A DNA stretch of 64,000 bases. Source: Eledone cirrhosa. Taxonomy: Eukaryota. Location of the stretch: positions 124,001-188,000 of the forward strand of contig OZ024746.1 of the NCBI GenBank assembly GCA_964016885.1. The letters run 5' to 3'. The position numbers and the translations under genes were made by a program. Positions 62,360 through 64,000 of this stretch are shown piece by piece. Every line of letters begins with the position of its first letter. Within the stretch, counting starts at the first letter, position 1. The notes beneath the pieces are model-generated. The model was not told where the DNA came from and searched no databases. It saw only the letters and a list, made by a program, of their open reading frames with translations.

Positions 62360-63550
62360 ATGACTAAAGTTCTAGTTTGTAGGAAGGAAAATAGGGCACC
62401 GGTCCCATCCGGGAAATGGCCATGCTCAGTGTGTAGGAAAGGAGTAGGTAGAAACTCCATTTTATGTCCCAAATACAAAGTATTGGTGCATAAAAGATGT
62501 AGTGGGATCACAGGTAAGCTAACTAAGAACATAGATTTTATGTGGCCGGTGCTCTGGTGCAATTCTATTGCACAGATGGTTCTATAGAAATAGTGGACAC
62601 CTTCCATTACTTGGGTGACAAAATCAACAGTGGTGGAGGGTGCTCTGAAAGTACAGTAGCTAGAGTCAGAACTGGATGGAAAAAGTTCAGAGAGCTTATA
62701 CCACTATTAACCGCTAAAGGGGTCTCTCTAAAAATGAAAGGCAGGCTGTATGATGCCTGCATACGAACAGCAATGTTACATGGCAGTGAGACCTGGGCAT
62801 TGTGTGCAGAGGATATACGCAGACTGGAGAGGAACGAAGCTTGCATGTTCCGCTGGATGTGTAATAGTAATATACGTGAACGGCAAAGCATAAACAAACT
62901 AAGGAAAAAATTAGAAATAAGAGGGATCAGATGTTTACTCGAGAGAAGACTACGTTGGTATGGTCACGTGATGCGCATGAAAGACGACAGCTGTATAAAA
63001 AAGTGCAGGGCAATAAAAATAGACAGTAGCCACGGAGTAGGCAGACTCAGAAAAACCTGGGACGACTTGATAAATTCCGACCTCACACACTTACACCTCT
63101 CCAAGACAATGTCACTGGACCGAGATCTTTGGCGCTACACAGTAATACAGAAGACCCGCCTTACCTAAGTACAAAGTGAAACCTACTACAGTCAGTAGGC
63201 ACCTCTAACAAATACACCCCCGTCCCACTACCCACACACCACCCACACCACCCCTTTCAATGTAAAGTTATGTTGGTACCACAACATCCAGTCCGAAACA
63301 AATGAGGTTGTGTAGGTGTCACGACAAAAAAACACACAGTCCACGCTGTAATGTGGCCGTGTAGGTAACACAGTAAAAACCTCCTAGTCCACACTGTAAA
63401 CGTGGTTGGTGTTAGGAAGGGCATTCAGCCGTAGAAAACCCGCCAGACAGTCCTGAGCAAGACAACCAATCTTGCCTCAAGTGGGACAATTCCCGTCCAG
63501 ACCCATGCTAGCATGGAAAATGGACGTTAAACGATGTTGATGATGATGAT
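62360..63550 (+). mobile_element. RTE 3' part including the PHD-like finger
   Basis: KWPCSVCRKGVGRNSILC...VHKRCSG; FHYLGD...RVRTGWKKFREL...LHGSETW...RRLRWYGHV. Confidence 0.92.
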
Positions 63551-64000
63551 ATATGGTGTCATTATAAAATGCACTTAGTAGAGCTCTGAACCGAATGTCA
63601 GTGAGAAGAAGTTTCCTAAGCTTATCTGAGAGGTCAGTAGCTCCACTTGAGTAGAGTGAGCCTGTGAAGACCTGTCTAATCCTTGCTTTCATATAGTTTT
63701 GCGCTCCGCTGGATGTATTTTATAATGACACCAGCATTAGGGAGGTTGTCATGTCTTTGACACAATTGAATGCTTCTCACAACCCGGCTGGATGCCCTTC
63801 CTATCAACAACTACTTTACACTGTGTACTGGCTGCCTTTATCGTGTAGAACACCAACACTAGTGAGGTTGTTGCGCTGTTGATACAACTGAAGGGTCTTC
63901 TTAACCCTTTTTTGCATGGTTTCTACAGTGGGATGCCTTCCTATTGCCAACATCTAACACGTTAAACTGGGTGCATTTTCATGGCACCAGTGCTAGAGAT

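Overview
AT-rich eukaryotic genomic DNA with microsatellites and spliceosomal introns. The repeat landscape (RTE LINEs with (GAT)n tails, tRNA-derived SINEs) suggests an octopus or other cephalopod; this is inference. Two spliced host genes lie head-to-head. (1) A minus-strand 3-exon gene (14369-14225, 12812-12651, 7526-6685; 382 aa) fuses an N-terminal CIDE-N domain to a Myb/SANT-like (trihelix-type) DNA-binding domain and a C-terminal coiled coil, an unusual architecture. (2) The 5' part of PEX14 lies on the plus strand (6 exons, 39802-61578), apparently with a GC-AG first intron. The rest is mostly transposons: PHD-finger-bearing RTE LINEs, CR1 and RLE-type (R4/Dong-like) LINE fragments, a decayed Gypsy element with LTRs and TSD nested in an RTE, a long-TIR mariner, a non-autonomous Helitron, solo LTRs, SINEs, hairpin elements and minisatellites. 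Highlights are the CIDE-N/Myb-SANT fusion gene, a solitary 5S rRNA copy joined to a tRNA-SINE with an RTE tail (possible chimeric SINE), an intact-core type I hammerhead ribozyme in a PEX14 intron, and several long inverted repeats that could form dsRNA.
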